This document shows positions 39,519 to 53,090 of a DNA stretch of 64,000 nucleotides, piece after piece. The notes under the pieces were generated by a model. The model searched no databases, was not told the DNA's origin, and was given only the letters and a program-made list of their open reading frames with translations. Both the position numbers and the translations under genes were made by a program. Where the stretch lies: positions 310,001 to 374,000 of the forward strand of contig JALDZX010000013.1 in the NCBI GenBank assembly GCA_022813865.1, read 5' to 3'. The stretch is from Xylographa opegraphella (taxonomy: Eukaryota). Within the stretch, counting starts at the first letter, position 1. The number at the start of each line of letters is the position of its first letter.

Positions 39519-40237
39519 GGGCGGCCGCAAGTCAAGAAGAGTCAAGCAATATCTTTAATGCTTAGACCTAGCACGTCTTCATCAACCCCAGCAGAATTAA
39601 GAGCCACAGAAGGACCGTACAACGATCGAGGTACGAAAGAGGTACGCAAGAAACTGGGTCGCACGGTTTGCAGGAAATGCGTGCTGACCCGATGCGCTTT
39701 TAGTTCCTTCCACTACGTGCTTTGAGTTGGGATAGCCGTGCACTTCTGCCAATCTTTCTTATCTCAATCGTGCGGCTCGTTGCGGTTATTTTGAGGTCTC
39801 GATCTAGCGTGAAACTAGCTGCGCCTCTTTTCGGGACTGAGCGCCTCGTGGCGGATAGACCAGCAGCTTAAAGCAGGGTCCTCCCTAGCCCTGAACATGT
39901 CGTAATGGCCCCACTGTTGACTTTGTGATTGTTCCTGGATGGCATTCCATGGACATGTGATTTCTGGATGGAGACCAATTGGCCGTTGCACTCGTTCGCG
40001 GACGAAAAGAGGCTTTGTTGTTCTTACCAAGGGATTGGTTTTGGTACTCGTGACCTAATGAACCTACACAAAAAGGAAAGAGCACAGCTGCATGGGGAAG
40101 TGGCCCACTCAGTGGCATTCTTGGATTTGTCTCACATAAACATGCTCCGCTCACAATGCCGACCTGTCGTGCTTCAACGACATCTTGTCAACCCTTAACG
40201 GCCTTTTTGAACCGCCAGATGTGCATAGCTATCAAAC

Positions 40238-42241
40238 ATGTTACGTTCAGCAATTGAAGCTCGAGGTTTGGGTTCGGCCTCCCCCAAGAACAACAATTTT
40301 ACTGCCCATCAAGTCTTTATATCACAATGTATAGAAGTGGGATGTGCGTTTATCAGTATCGTAGCTGGGCTTACTGCCTCGTACTGGTTCATTCGGATGA
40401 GAAGAACATTTCGACACAGGTACGTCTCCGATACGGCACCACGTTGATAAACTGACTTGTTTAGGCTCATCATGCTTCTGATCTTCAGTGATATGGTCAA
40501 GGCGACATGGTACTTCGTGTTCCCAATTGTGGAATTGGTACGGGGACAAGAGACCATGACTGAATCGCGGTGGTGTCAGGCAAGCGGCTTCCTCACTGCA
40601 TTCGCCACTGAGGCTTCAGGCGAGTGACTCGACTGTTCTCTTCTTGCCACCAGTCACTAATTACGTCGAGAAGATTTCGCCATTCTCATGATCGCCGTTC
40701 ATGCCGCGTTGTACGTCTTCCAATCCAGCACTGCAAGAGGTGAAGCAGGTCTTTACCAGCATCGCTATCTGGCATATACATGCTGGATCATATATCCGAC
40801 ACTCATGGCCTCACTTGCCTTTGCGAACCCTATGCATCCGTATATCACGTCAGGTACCTACTGCATTCTGCCTGTGCGTCCGTTCTGGTATCGGTTGGCC
40901 CTGAGCTGGATTCCTCGCTACTTAATCATAATCACTATTGTTCTACTATATCTGTGGATTTACATATTCGTGAAATACAAGTCCAAAGGGTTCAAGGACG
41001 AGCATGAAGAATCGTACAGGAGGGACTCCAGAGCATCAATGAGCTACCCTAAGTTCTCCAAGATCAATCCACCCAGGGATCACTGCCGACTCTCCAATCC
41101 TGCCTTAAGGTCTGCCAGAAGAAATTCTCAACCAGTTGTCATGGCAGTCCATGATTTTCTGCCAACGCCGCAAGCCAGAGCGGCAAACGGGGCAGTGGGC
41201 GACAATATTCCTGCGCAACTGTGTCCTGAGCCACCAGCTGATGGACCGGAGTGGGAGGACTATACTTTTGGCGGATCTCAACCGGTCTCTCCATTGCCAC
41301 AAACAATCCACATGGATCCTCCATCTACGGAGGAACAAGTTCAACAGAGAGAGAGCCTCGGATCAGCAGCACCAACGTATACAGACGCGGCATTTCGCAA
41401 ATTTTCCATGACAACCACCAGCTCCCATACTAGCTACAACGTTATTCAAGCATTACGTGAACCACGAATCGCTCCTTCTGCTTCAACTTTCGTAAATCCA
41501 ACTTCGGCCAACACGAATCTTGTCGAGTCTCAAACGCTCCCGGCGCCAATATGTAACTTCAACGACGGATCCAGCCCCATACATGTGACCAATTACGACG
41601 GTAACGAAGATAGTGTCCCTACTCCAGCCGAACGACACCGCGATATCAAGCGCAAACTTCGCCTGCTCTTCATTTACCCTTTAGTCTACATGCTCATGTG
41701 GACACTCCCTTTTGTTATGCATTGTCTGCAGTACACCGACTATTACAGTCAAAACCCACCGTATGTATTAGCTGTGCTCGTGACTGCAGTTTTGGCTATA
41801 CAAGGCGCAGTGGACAGCGTGCTTTTCAGCACACGAGAGAAACCGTGGCGACATCTGGACAACAGCAGGTTCTGGGGCTGGGGCAAACTGTGGGGCAAGA
41901 GCAAGATAATCGGGGATTCGAAAGTAGGGAAAGATAGCAACGAAGCAGCCTACGACAAAAACCAAGCTTTGTCCAGAAGAGACCAAGAAGTAGTGGCACT
42001 GGGGAATAGTAAAACCTCTGAGCAATCTACAAGACCTGGATACAAAAGGGAGACGAGTTGGTGGGAGCAAGAGGGGCGTATGCGACTGGACAGTGTCATG
42101 TTAGGTACCGATCACAAGTGTGACGAGCACGGCGGTGCAGAGGCGCCCTCTCGAACAAATACCATTAACGACGAGGACGCCAAGTCCACTGGACTTGACA
42201 TGCGGCTGAAAAAATCGAACCTCAAGCCAGATGGAGAATGA
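40238..42241 (+). CDS. Git3/Gpr1-type (carbon-sensing class) G-protein-coupled receptor
   Basis: Seven hydrophobic segments with a long third intracellular loop; motifs FRHRLIMLLIFSD, CQASGF, EASDFAIL, LPVRPFWYRLALSWIPRY, LRLLFIYPLVY, QGAVDSVLFSTREKPW. The second intron (40620-40673) is GC-AG. Confidence 0.9.
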
Positions 42242-43032
42242 CAGGATTCTGTAGGACATATACCACTAGGGTAAGGAGTAGTGGTCCGAAGATAGTTGTG
42301 AGCAGCGGTTTGTTTACCACAAAATTGGATGGGGAGTATCAGTACCCGAAACGCGGCATTACAATCCCCACGTACACGGTTATGATTATTACTATGGGCT
42401 TGAGGTGGTGGGGTTCCGCTTCTGTGGACAGTCGTTTGGCCAAGATATTAGATTTCCGTCTTGATACCCTTCCGCCATTTTTATAGCACGAAAGAATTTT
42501 GGCAATGCGGGATAGAGGATGGGATTGCATTGTGGTGGCGTTGTGCTGCATTGGCTACTGAAAGGGGGTGGTCGCAAGAGTGTAATTGCCTTTTCAACAA
42601 CCATCGAGAAAAATTGTCTACATAATGAAACTGATATCGTTTTTTGAAGGCAAGGTAAGGCAAGCTGAACAGCAACGTGCTTCATTAGGAATTGCTTATC
42701 GGAAACCTGGTACAAAGCAGGTATAATGCCCTAAATAGACGACATATATGAATTTTCGACATTTGTCTGAAACCATTTCTCAAGGAAATTGTAGACACCA
42801 AGACAAAGGCGTTTTCCCGGAATATTAATGTCAAACCATCGGCAATTAGCATTGTTTGCCTATTCCGGTATCCCTGAGCTGGAGTAAACCACCTCTTGTC
42901 ATTTGCTTGCAACGCTATTGAACTCAGCTACCTATTTCATCCTCAAGCACAGGTATTAGGGAGGAAAATACACTTGAACACTACTTGCAGTGTCCGTCAG
43001 TTAGTACTGGTGTAGAGCACGATCAGGAAGTC

Positions 43033-44146
43033 ATGGAGACCTCTGCCACCGCAGAAGCTCTGATCCCACTCTTTCAACTAGGTAAAGTCCTGAATCAAGG
43101 TATCATGATATTTTCCTCTCTGAATACGTCCTCCAAGCTCAGAAGAGTGCAGATCAAGCTGGCCGACGAATTACCCTACTCGGCAGCATATCCTCGCAAC
43201 CCGCTCTACTAACAATGGAGCGTGCCGCCTTTCCCAGCGATCCGTCAATGCTCGCCGCCTTCCACTCTTCTTTGGCTAATGTCGCAAACCTTGGAGCCAA
43301 TGACATTTATGCATGGTACCTTGCAAATCTGAGTCCTGTAGCCTCAGCCCCGGATTTGAAGCTCAACCTTGTCTATCCATGTACAGAAGCACATATCAAG
43401 AAGTACTCTCCCCAGACTGTGCGTGTAGTTACGGAGACGCCCGAGATCTATGCAAAATATGTTCGTCCTTATATGCAGCGTAAACGAGAAAATGGTCGTC
43501 TAGACTGGGTGTACAACATCACCGAAGGACGCAAGGAGCAAGAGGATATCATCCTACGCGCATCTCGGGATCTTGGAAAAGATCAGGAAGGCTTCTTGCT
43601 GCTGCCGGACATGAACTGGGACAGGAAGACCATGGCAAGTCTGCGGATCTTAGGCCTCGTAGAGCGGCATGATCTGTGGAGTCTGAGAGACTTGAAACAG
43701 ACGGATGTGAAGTGGTTGAAAAGGGTCCAAGAAAAGATCATGGATGCTGTAGAGAGGATATATGGAGTTGAAAAGGATCTCCTGAAGCTTTATGTGCACT
43801 GTATGTTGTCATTAACATTCGATTTCCCTCAGCTGCTTTGACCAAGTTGGTAAGTGCTCTACTAAAAGTATTGCCCTTAGATCAGCCGACCTATTACCAT
43901 TTCCACATTCACATCACTTCTACTCAGCATGAACCTTCCGCCACGCAGGCTGTTCTGAAAGCCTTCTCTCTGCCTAATCTAATAGCCCAGCTTGAAAGTC
44001 TATCTTCTCCTTCGGCTTCTCTTGCCGACACAACTCTTACCTATACCATGGGCGATGTCAGCGAGTTATGGACCGAAGTTTTCTTACCATTGAAAGAAGG
44101 AAAGACACCTTATCAAGGCTCTGCTGTGGCTGCAACCAGTGAGTAA
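43033..44146 (+). CDS. DCS1: m7GpppX diphosphatase (scavenger decapping enzyme DcpS, HIT family)
   Basis: NDIYAWY, KLNLVYPCTEAHIKKYS, LPDMNWD, SLRDL, HYQPTYYHFHIH (HIT motif); introns 43100-43152 and approximately 43801-43880. Confidence 0.92.
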
Positions 44147-44705
44147 AATGCTACAGAGGTCGCCTAGGGCAATGCGCCCCTTTGCATTATGCCTTTGCAA
44201 AACATCTGTAATAGATGTAAGCTTGATTAAGCTTGACGGAAATACATCCGTGGGGACCATCGGTCCCTGTTATCACCTTGACTCGTCATGGAACCACGCT
44301 TCTTAAGTCCCCTCACAAGATGGAGGGAAGCGCGAATCTTGTGATCACTGACAAGATACCGGGACACGTGTTGCGGGCCGAGAAATCGGCGATTGATGGG
44401 CGGTTCGATTGTGTTACGCTTGGGTCGGCAGAGGAGGTGGTCTTCAGTATTGAAGCATGCAAATACCATTTCAGGGATTTCAACATCCCCATTATTTTTC
44501 GTAGGGGATTCTACTATCAAGGTTACGAATCAACTTCGCAAGCCAGGAACAGGAGCTGACTTGAAAGACGCGATGGTCTTTTGCAGGCACATAATATGGG
44601 CTTATTCGACACTCTTTAGCTTTCAACAAGAAAGTATCTAGGGATATGCAATCTATACCTGTGTTCCACGTCATGACACTCGCCACCACGCTTCTTCGCA
44701 CTGAT

Positions 44706-45530
44706 TCATACCGAACAAATCACCTCTCCATGCACCATCACAAACCACGCATCCTTCTTACTTCCCCACTCCCTCCACACCCTCGCCACGTCCTCCAGTC
44801 CCCTTTCGTCCACGAAGCCTCCTTCTACCGCCGTCTTCGCAAACCCCGACTTGACAGTCCTCTCCGCCCACATGCCACTCCACCACCGCACCTCCTCTTC
44901 CGTGCCATAGCACCACGTCCCCGCGCTACTCTGGACCCTCTCCTTCGCGAAGCCCGCCGCCCGCGCCCACGCCGCTAGCCTCCGCCCCGCATCCGGCTCG
45001 CCTCCACTCTTCCGCGCAACCCGCATGTACAGCTGCTGCCACGCCTTCATCCCCTCGACATCTGGCCACCACGCCATAGCCTCGAAATCCGATTCCCGCG
45101 CGGCGACGATCCCCCCTGGTTTCGTCACGCGGCGCATCTCGCGCAGCGCGCCGACAGGGTCTGATACGTGCTGGAGGACTTGGTGCACGTGCACGACGTC
45201 AAAGGTCGCGTCGGCGTATTTCAGCGCCATGATGTCGCCGGTTTCGAAGGTTGCGTTGTGGATTCCCCGCGAGGAGGCGGTGGCGCGTGCGGTGGAGATA
45301 ATGTCCTCGGTGGTGTCGATGCCGGTGACGTGGCCGGAGAGGACGTGGGTGGCGAGGTCGCAGGTGATGGTCGCCGGGCCGCAGCCGATGTCGAGGATGG
45401 TCATTGTGGGGCGGAGGTGGGGGAGGAGGTAGGCGGCGGAGTTGGCGGCTGTGCGCCAGGCGTGGGAGCGGAGGACGGAGGGATGGTGTCCGGCGGAGTA
45501 GGTGGCCGGAGGGACGGGGGTGGAGGCCAT
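44706..45530 (-). CDS. Class I SAM-dependent methyltransferase (UbiE/COQ5-like), intronless
   Basis: HAWRTAANSAAYLLPHL, ILDIGCGPATIT (motif I), FDVVHVHQVLQH, LREMRRVTKPGG. Confidence 0.92.
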   Translation of the reverse strand: MASTPVPPATYSAGHHPSVLRSHAWRTAANSAAYLLPHLRPTMTILDIGCGPATITCDLATHVLSGHVTGIDTTEDIISTARATASSRGIHNATFETGDIMALKYADATFDVVHVHQVLQHVSDPVGALREMRRVTKPGGIVAARESDFEAMAWWPDVEGMKAWQQLYMRVARKSGGEPDAGRRLAAWARAAGFAKERVQSSAGTWCYGTEEEVRWWSGMWAERTVKSGFAKTAVEGGFVDERGLEDVARVWREWGSKKDAWFVMVHGEVICSV

Positions 45531-46269
45531 TTTTGAAAAGAGGCACCGTTCGAAGGATGGATCTGGGGAGCGGCTCGTTTTGTGGGTAGATGTGGATGAT
45601 TGGTTACTGAGAGAATGGCCTGGCAATGGATGGGAGGCAAAATTCCAGTATCACGGGAAGGATAACTGGAGAAATTTCTGGTATAGTTTGTGTGAAACGA
45701 TTTGAATGTTCTACAAATTGGAGAGGATTCGAATGGGATTTGGACTGTTCTTATTGTTTAAGGGCGCTCAATTTCTTGATATAAATAGCTTAAGTTCGAA
45801 TGTTTAAATATAGCAGCTTGAGTTCTGTTGCCTGCTGCAGATTCAACAAAAGATTCCTCCGAGCGTCGGAACTCGCCAAACCCTAAGGTGCCTTAATTCC
45901 GCCTAAAATCCGAAGCTGGGGTTTGAATGTGGTAGCGAGCTCGAGCAAGGTATGGCACGACAGGCTCTCACGAAACGATCGTCCTTCTTCACATTTGTTC
46001 CGTTCTTGGTGGCAGGAGCATGCGCAATCATCATGGCCACCGATCCTGTGACACGCACCGCCCACATGCACCCGATAACAGTTCCAGGCAGCCTAGGATC
46101 AGGGTTGACATGCGCTTATGACGTCGACTTGCAAGTCGTCAACAAGCAAGATAACTTGCGCGAGCCCTTCCACCTCTTTTGCAGAGCCAAAAATTCCCCG
46201 TTTTGATACCGCAATATATCCCGGATCTACATTGATTCAACAAGAGATAACACACCCCTTACCGCAGCC

Positions 46270-46991
46270 ATGGTCAAAGTCCTCGAAAATAAGATCGTCG
46301 ACCTCGACATCATGCCGAACCAAGACCAGCAGAAGCTGATGCAGCAAGCCCAGACCCAACTCGATTCTGCCGGGTATCTTTTGCCCCCTTCCTCCCCAGA
46401 ACAGCTCTTCCTTTTCGCCTGTATAACAGCCACTGACGCCGTCCCAGCAACCAGATCCAAACCGTCACCGGCGAGCAAATCAAGGCTGCCACGGACGCCA
46501 TGCCGGACGAGCAAAAAGCGCAAATGGAAGCCGCCATCGACAAGCTTCCCGAAGAGCAAAAGCAACAAGCACAGGGCCTCATGAGCGGCGCCTCAAACGT
46601 CGCCATGGGTATCGCGGGCACGACAGGCGGCGCGGTCAAGAACGTGGCCGACACGGTCGGCAACACGGTCGGCACTCTTGGCTCCGGTGTCGGCAATACG
46701 CTGCTCGACACAGGCAGTGGGCTGCTGGCGATTCCTGGAAAGACGGTCCAGGGATTCAAGGGGGAGAGTACCGGAGAGGCGGCGGAAAACGCTACGGGCG
46801 AGGCTCAGAAAGCGAGTGGAGAGGCGGCGGGGCAAGTGCAGAAGACTGCCAGTGACACCACGGAGGAGACTTCGAAGGCTACAAGTGAGACGAAGGATGA
46901 GGTAGAGAAGACGGCGGGTGATGCGACAGAGGAGACTTCGAAGACGCTTGACGAGGCTGGGGAGAAGAGCTCGAAAGCTACGGATAGTTGA
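46270..46991 (+). CDS. LEA-like/hydrophilin-type small stress protein
   Basis: Exon 46270-46373 plus exon 46448-46991 in frame; rich in A/G/T/E/K with repeats (VGNTVG; KTA.D.TEETSK) and almost no aromatic residues. Confidence 0.7.
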
Positions 46992-47681
46992 GCGGGCGCG
47001 AGTGAGAGAGGCCAGAAGGAAGATATGGCGGATTGAAAGGAGCGCCATTGTTTTGAGAGGTGTAGCCCATATGCGATTCTGATTTCTTGTGAAGTGGATA
47101 GTGGATAACGCTTCCTTATGTGGGTAGGAGTCTTGTAATTCACAATGACTGCGTTAGGAATTGTACATGGCAGATTAAGGAAGCGCTGTATCCGAAAACT
47201 TCACATGGACTATACTGAGAAGTAGTTCTCGATTATGATGACAACCTACACTTCTACCGGTATGCCGTTTACAGCAATCCACTCATCATTCGGCAGTACA
47301 ATGTTACATCAGTCCATTCTGTACATATTGTAAGCCGGAAAAGACCTTTATTGTGACCGAACGTACAAACCTTTCAAGCAAACTAACCGCAAAATCAGCT
47401 TCCCATATCTACATCGCAAGACAATTAAGAAACAGAGTGAAATTTCCGTAACCGGCAATGTGGCCGATCGAGGGGGTAATTTCCCCTGATTTTTGCCATC
47501 CATAAAACACCGCTGTAGCCTTGTCGATCGACAACCTCCTATGGACGCCCAGGATTCATTCAGTCATCGACAACGCTCATCACACCTTCCAACGCTAATG
47601 CATCATCCCACCATCGCTATGTAAGCAGAAAACCACCATGTAGAAGCGCTATGCACGTTCGAGAAGGTCATGTCAACGGGA

Positions 47682-48461
47682 TCAAGTCATCTCAATATCA
47701 TCGGACTCTTCTGGCCTGCCATCCCCATTGGGAGCATGGTGCTCGGAGACTAGACCACTGGTGCCATTGGTGGCTTCACTCTCACTTGCTGACTGCGCTA
47801 TAACTGGGCGGCTTGGGTGCTCCTCTGATGACAGGATGCCGTCTTCGTCAACTTCGGGGACAACTTCGCCCATTGGGTGGTCGTCGCCTGGTAGCGGATC
47901 AGTACCATCGAGAGTGGTCTGTCCAGGAGCCAGTGGGCGGCTCCTTCGTGTTGACGGCTCTCCCGACTCTCTGGCTTTCTTCGCCTTGTGCTCCCTCCAC
48001 GTGGTGGTGCGTGGGATTATGTCGCTAAGAAATTCCAGATTGTCCAAGCGTGCAACAGCATTAGCTGAACGTGGTCAGCTTGAACATCACCTTCATATTC
48101 AATGGAGATGACTCACAAACATCCCGGTACTGGATGCTCCGTCGCGGCTTCGACTCGGATTTCGCAACATTGTGAGCCTGCTCAGCCAGGTATCGCACGA
48201 ACATTTCCTGCCGAGGTCAACAAACGCAGAGGAGTGATAACGATGTTCGGAATCATACCGTCGCTAGAGTGATGACAAATGCGGCGTTGTTTGAGACAGG
48301 GCCAATCTCTTCGTCAGCCTGCAGGATTTTTTTGACGCGTGCCACTATACACACATATTAAATAAATTGTAACAAAATTGGCATTAGTTAAACATACATG
48401 GAAGTGCTGCTGTGCCCGTCACCTCATCCGACGGAGGAATTGCCGTGTTGTTGTACGGCAT
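47682..48461 (-). CDS. H2A-like histone-fold protein (CBF/NF-Y family; Dpb3/Dls1-like, Pol epsilon/CHRAC subunit), 4 exons
   Basis: Spliced product MPYNNTAIPP...ALP|LARVKKILQAD...AAFVITLAT|EMFVRYLAEQAH...RRSIQYRDV|SNAVARLDNLEFLSDIIP; three canonical introns. Confidence 0.85.
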
Positions 48462-48594
48462 GTTGAGGGATGATGAGTTTGACTCGGAGCTTGTTTGTTG
48501 CGACGGTGAGTATAGGCTGACCGAGTCTTGATCAGGCGGGTCTGAGGAGTGTAGATCCGAAGAAAGTAGATCTGAAATCGGTGGATTTGAAACC

Positions 48595-48963
48595 GGTCGA
48601 GGTAGATCTGAAGCCGGTGTAGATGGATCTGAAGCCGGTGGATATGAATCTGAAGCCGGTGGAGATGAATCTGAAGCCGGTGGAGATGTAACTGAAGCCG
48701 ATGAAGATGTAACTGAAGCCGGTGGAGATGTAACTGAAGCCGNNNNNNNNNNNNNNNNNNNNNNNNNNNNNNNNNNNNNNNNNNNNNNNNNNNNNNNNNN
48801 NNNNNNNNNNNNNNNNNNNNNNNNNNNNNNNNNNNNNNNNNNNNNNNNNNNNNNNNNNNNNNNNNNNNNNNNNNNNNNNNNNNNNNNNNNNNNAGATGTA
48901 ACTGAAGCCGGTGGAGATGTAACTGAAGCCGGTGGAGATGTAACTGAAGCCGGTGGATCTGAA
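48595..48963. repeat. 21-bp tandem repeat (GGTGGAGATGTAACTGAAGCC)n, encoding (PPASVTS)n on the minus strand
   Basis: Identical units flank both sides of the N gap, with degenerate units at the edges. Confidence 0.95.
48743..48893. other. Assembly gap (151 N) inside the 21-bp repeat
   Basis: Run of N characters. Confidence 1.
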
Positions 48964-49581
48964 CTCGGTGAATCTGAATTCGGTGCCACTGGTAGTTCTG
49001 CTTCAGATGCTCTGCTAGCTGACCGTTCCTCGTCGGCGGGGTGTCGTTCGGTTGGACCCTGATCTAGAGCGCTCGACTCCGAGGGAGATGAATTAGGTAG
49101 CAGAGGTCTCAACTGGGTTGTTGGTACGTCGGCAGAAGAAGGCTGTTGAATTGAGCCAGTCAGCAGCTGTAGATCGACAGGGATGGTGAGGGGCTGCTCT
49201 TTGCTAGCCGCGACAGAAATTCACGCGTCTTATTACATTTAAAGACTGCTGGGCGTCTCTGTTGTCGTATGATTCTTCCGAAGGCGTTGGAGAAGGAGGA
49301 TCAGTTTCTGGATCCTCTGTTCACATTAGTTCACGAGCATAATAGACCAGGCTATCATATATATTACAAGAGATACTTACCAAAGATGACAAAATTCCAC
49401 TTGCGCTTGGTGCTGCGTCTGTTTTGTTGACTGTCAGCGGCTAATCCACCACCTGGCATGCTTGTGTCGCGGATTCGGATAAGCGCCGGGTAGGGCGTAG
49501 CGTACCTACTGACGAGCTCGATACTTGCAGGGTCCGACATTGCCAGTCAAGGATAAGGGAGTTCAACGATGTCTTGTAGGC

Positions 49582-52498
49582 ATGAAGTCACGATCACCTT
49601 CCATTAACTCGCAAGCTACTCGACGACGTCCTTCACTACCTGGGCGAGCTTACTCGCGGCGACTCTCAGCGCTCTCTAGCGCCGAACTAGGCTACGATGA
49701 TAGTGCGGCGGAAACTGCAGGCCAGAAGATTGAAGAGGAAATCGAGGAAATCAAGAGATATGAGGACTTTACTACGATAGACTGGGTTCAAGATGCTGCA
49801 CGGGAGCAGCTTCGAAGAAGAGCTAGAAGAAAAGAGAACGCAGGGTTCTTCGCGCGCAAGGGGCGCTTTGGGATCAGGCATAAGCTTTGGGAGTCGTACG
49901 ATGCCGGTCAAGCTTGGATAGTGGTCACGCTTGTCGGAGCAGCGATTGGATTGAATGCCGCTTTTCTAAACATTGTGACTGAATGGCTCTCGGATATAAA
50001 GCTGGGGCACTGCACAACCGCGTTCTATCTGAACGAGAACTTCTGCTGTTGGGGCGCTGAGAATGGTAAGGCTGTATGAGATTGTGTTATGAGACCGCGT
50101 GCTGATATCGATAGGGTGTCCGGAATGGCATAGATGGAGCACTATTTGGCCGATCAACTATTTTCTGTACTTCGTATTCTCTGTTAGTACTATGCAGATT
50201 CTTTCTGCCATACCACGCTGAACACTTCCAGATCATATTTGCCTCAACTTCCGCGGGTCTTGTTAAGTCTTTCGCTCCCTACGCTGCTGGCTCTGGCATC
50301 TCTGAGATCAAATGCATCATTGCAGGCTTTGTCATGAAGGGCTTCTTGGGATTCTGGACATTGCTCATCAAGTCAATATCGCTTCCTTTGGCGATAGCTT
50401 CGGGTCTATCGGTAGGTAAGGAGGGGCCAAGTGTACACTACGCTGTTTGCACAGGCAATGTCATCTCCCGCTTCTTTGACAAGTACAAGCGCAATGCGGC
50501 CAAGACGAGAGAAATATTGAGTGCCTGTGCCGCAGCCGGAGTTGCAGTTGCATTCGGCAGCCCAATAGGAGGAGTCTTATTCTCCCTGGAGGTAAGATCT
50601 TCGATCTTGGCCAGTCAACAATCGAGACTGAGAGAAATTAGGAAATGTCTTCCTACTTCCCCTTAAAGACTATGTGGCGGAGTTACTTTTGCGCTTTGGT
50701 AGCTACCGCCGTCCTAGCTGTGAGTTAAAAGCATTATTCTATCCGGGAGATGCCTACTGATGCACACATCAAGGCTATGAACCCGTTCCGAACTGGCCAG
50801 CTGGTCATGTTTCAAGTCAGATATGATCGCTCATGGCATTTCTTTGAAGTGATCTTCTTCGTCTTCCTGGGTATTTTTGGTGGTTTATACGGCGCATTTG
50901 TTATTAAATGGAATCTGCGAGCTCAGGCGTTCAGGAAGAAGCATCTTTCAAAATACCCCATCCTGGAGGCTACCTCACTTGCAGCGGGTACGGCGTTACT
51001 GTGCTATCCGAATATGTTCCTTCGGATAGATATGACGGAGAGCATGGAAATTCTGTTTCTAGAATGTGAGGGCGGACACGACTATGACGGATTATGCGAG
51101 TAAGTAAACCCGGAATTTGAGACTAATTCGGAGCTGATTGAGATCTCAGTGCCAAGAATCGATGGACCATGGCGCTTTCTTTAGGATTTGCAACGATGAT
51201 GAGGACTTTTCTTGTTATTATTTCCTACGGATGCAAAGTCCCTGCTGGTATTTTCGTCCCATCTATGGCCATTGGGGCATCTTTCGGAAGGATGGTTGGT
51301 ATCCTCGTTGAAGCTCTGCATGGGGCGTTTCCTCAGTCGAGATTCTTTTCCGCTTGTGAGCCAGATATACCATGTATCACACCTGGCACATATGCTTTCC
51401 TGGGCGCTGGTGCGGCGTTAAGTGGTATCATGCACATTACTGTTTCTGTGGTAGTTATCATGTTCGAACTGACGGGTGCCTTGACGTATATACTTCCTAC
51501 CATGGTGCGTTCAAGGTCATGTCATTGAAGGCCATACCACTTTCCTTGGACAAGAAGCTGACTCGACACAGATCGTGGTGGGTACTACCAAAGCAATATC
51601 AGCATATTTTCCTCCCGGCGGTATAGCCGACCGTATGATCTCCTTCAACGGCTTTCCATTTCTCGATACAAAAGAAGAGCACACCTTCCACGTATCTGTG
51701 TCTTCGGTCATGACACCCGCCTCAAACATCACCCTGTTACCGTCTACTGGACTATCCCTGCGAGCTCTCGAAGCTCTCCTCCGAAAATCTAGCTTCCAAG
51801 GATTTCCTGTCGTTGAAGATCGCGCTTTGCGAACCCTGCTAGGCTACATTGGCCGTACAGAACTCCGGTACGCGATTGACAAAACCAAAAAGGAGCAATC
51901 CCTTGGCCCGGATGCAAAGTGTCTATTCTCTGCACCTGCTAGTACAGCGGTGCGGACGCCTTCTGCGCTCACCCCGCCCGTCACGTTTGAGCAAACGTCC
52001 CCCAGCTCGAGTGTACAGACGGTCGATTTCAGTCGGTTCGTCGACCCTACACCACTGGCCGTTCATCCGCGGCTTGCACTCGAGACGGTAATGGAATTGT
52101 TCAAGAAGTTGGGACCCCGCGTCATTCTGGTAGAGCTCAGAGGGCATCTGATGGGTCTCGTCACCGTGAAAGACTGTCTCAAATACCAATTCAAGGTCGA
52201 AGCCCAGGAAAGGGGTGGCGAAGGCGAAAGCCGAACCGATCGTTTCGAGGCATGGCTTTGGGAACACATGAGAGGATTGGGCGATCGGACGGGCTCTCTC
52301 ATGGGCAGGGTCTCGGGAGGTCACATCAGGTTGGGGCTCGGGGAGGCAAGGGGAGAAGGCTTGTTGGCGGCTGGAAGCCAGGATCCAAGAGATGCAAGGG
52401 AATCGATTGGCGGAGCAGTCAGTAGGGAGGAGGAGGAGAGGGGAATACTGGACGGGGCGGAGAACCAAGAAGAGGGTGTAGAACTACGGGCGAGGTGA
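49582..52498 (+). CDS. CLC-family chloride channel/antiporter (Gef1-like) with CBS domains, 7 exons
   Basis: [23 protein letters not shown] (gating Glu), [23 protein letters not shown]-terminal CBS pair; six canonical introns. Confidence 0.95.
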
Positions 52499-53090
52499 CT
52501 GATGGGAGGCGCTGTGGTGCGGAACGTGTCGGGCGTTGATGGTGTCAAAGGTGGTGGGACAGCTCGCAATACCCAATTGAATGCAAACTGCCATGTTTGG
52601 CCTCTTCTTTTTTATGAATGCCAAGTCCTTGTGTCGTTTGTGACCTCACACATTCTCTCGAGACCTGGGACGTTTGCTGTTCGGAGGCTTTCGACCTCCG
52701 GCACTGTTAGTTGTGTAGAACACAGCCGATATAAGACATGCAAGTTTCTTTTGGAAAATATAATTCAGTCCTGACCACAGCATAATAACACTGGGAACTT
52801 CCGGCTGCCGAATAGAGTAGAGTACTGAATCACTCTTCGCACTGGATGGCGGAAGGAACACGATACTCGAGCGAGCGGCGATCGTCCCAGAGCACGAAAG
52901 ACTCCAAGCACGACGTGGAGATTGGCAGTCCCAGAGTTTTGCCTGGTCGTATCCAATCGCTTATGGCAGCCTTACTATCGGCCCTGCCCCTCATCATACT
53001 CTCTGCCCACCTCAACTACAGACCTATTCAATCCTGTAACGGAACGAGCAGAATTTAACGTCTCTATTGAATAGACCTCTGTCGTCTACA

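Noticed and set aside
44233..44641. Short ORFs between DcpS and the methyltransferase
   Set aside because: They lie in a convergent 3' intergenic region and have alternative starts and no recognisable homology.
29994..45530. Secondary-metabolite cluster from the dehydrogenases and methyltransferase
   Set aside because: No backbone enzyme (PKS/NRPS/terpene synthase), and the genes are interspersed with housekeeping genes.
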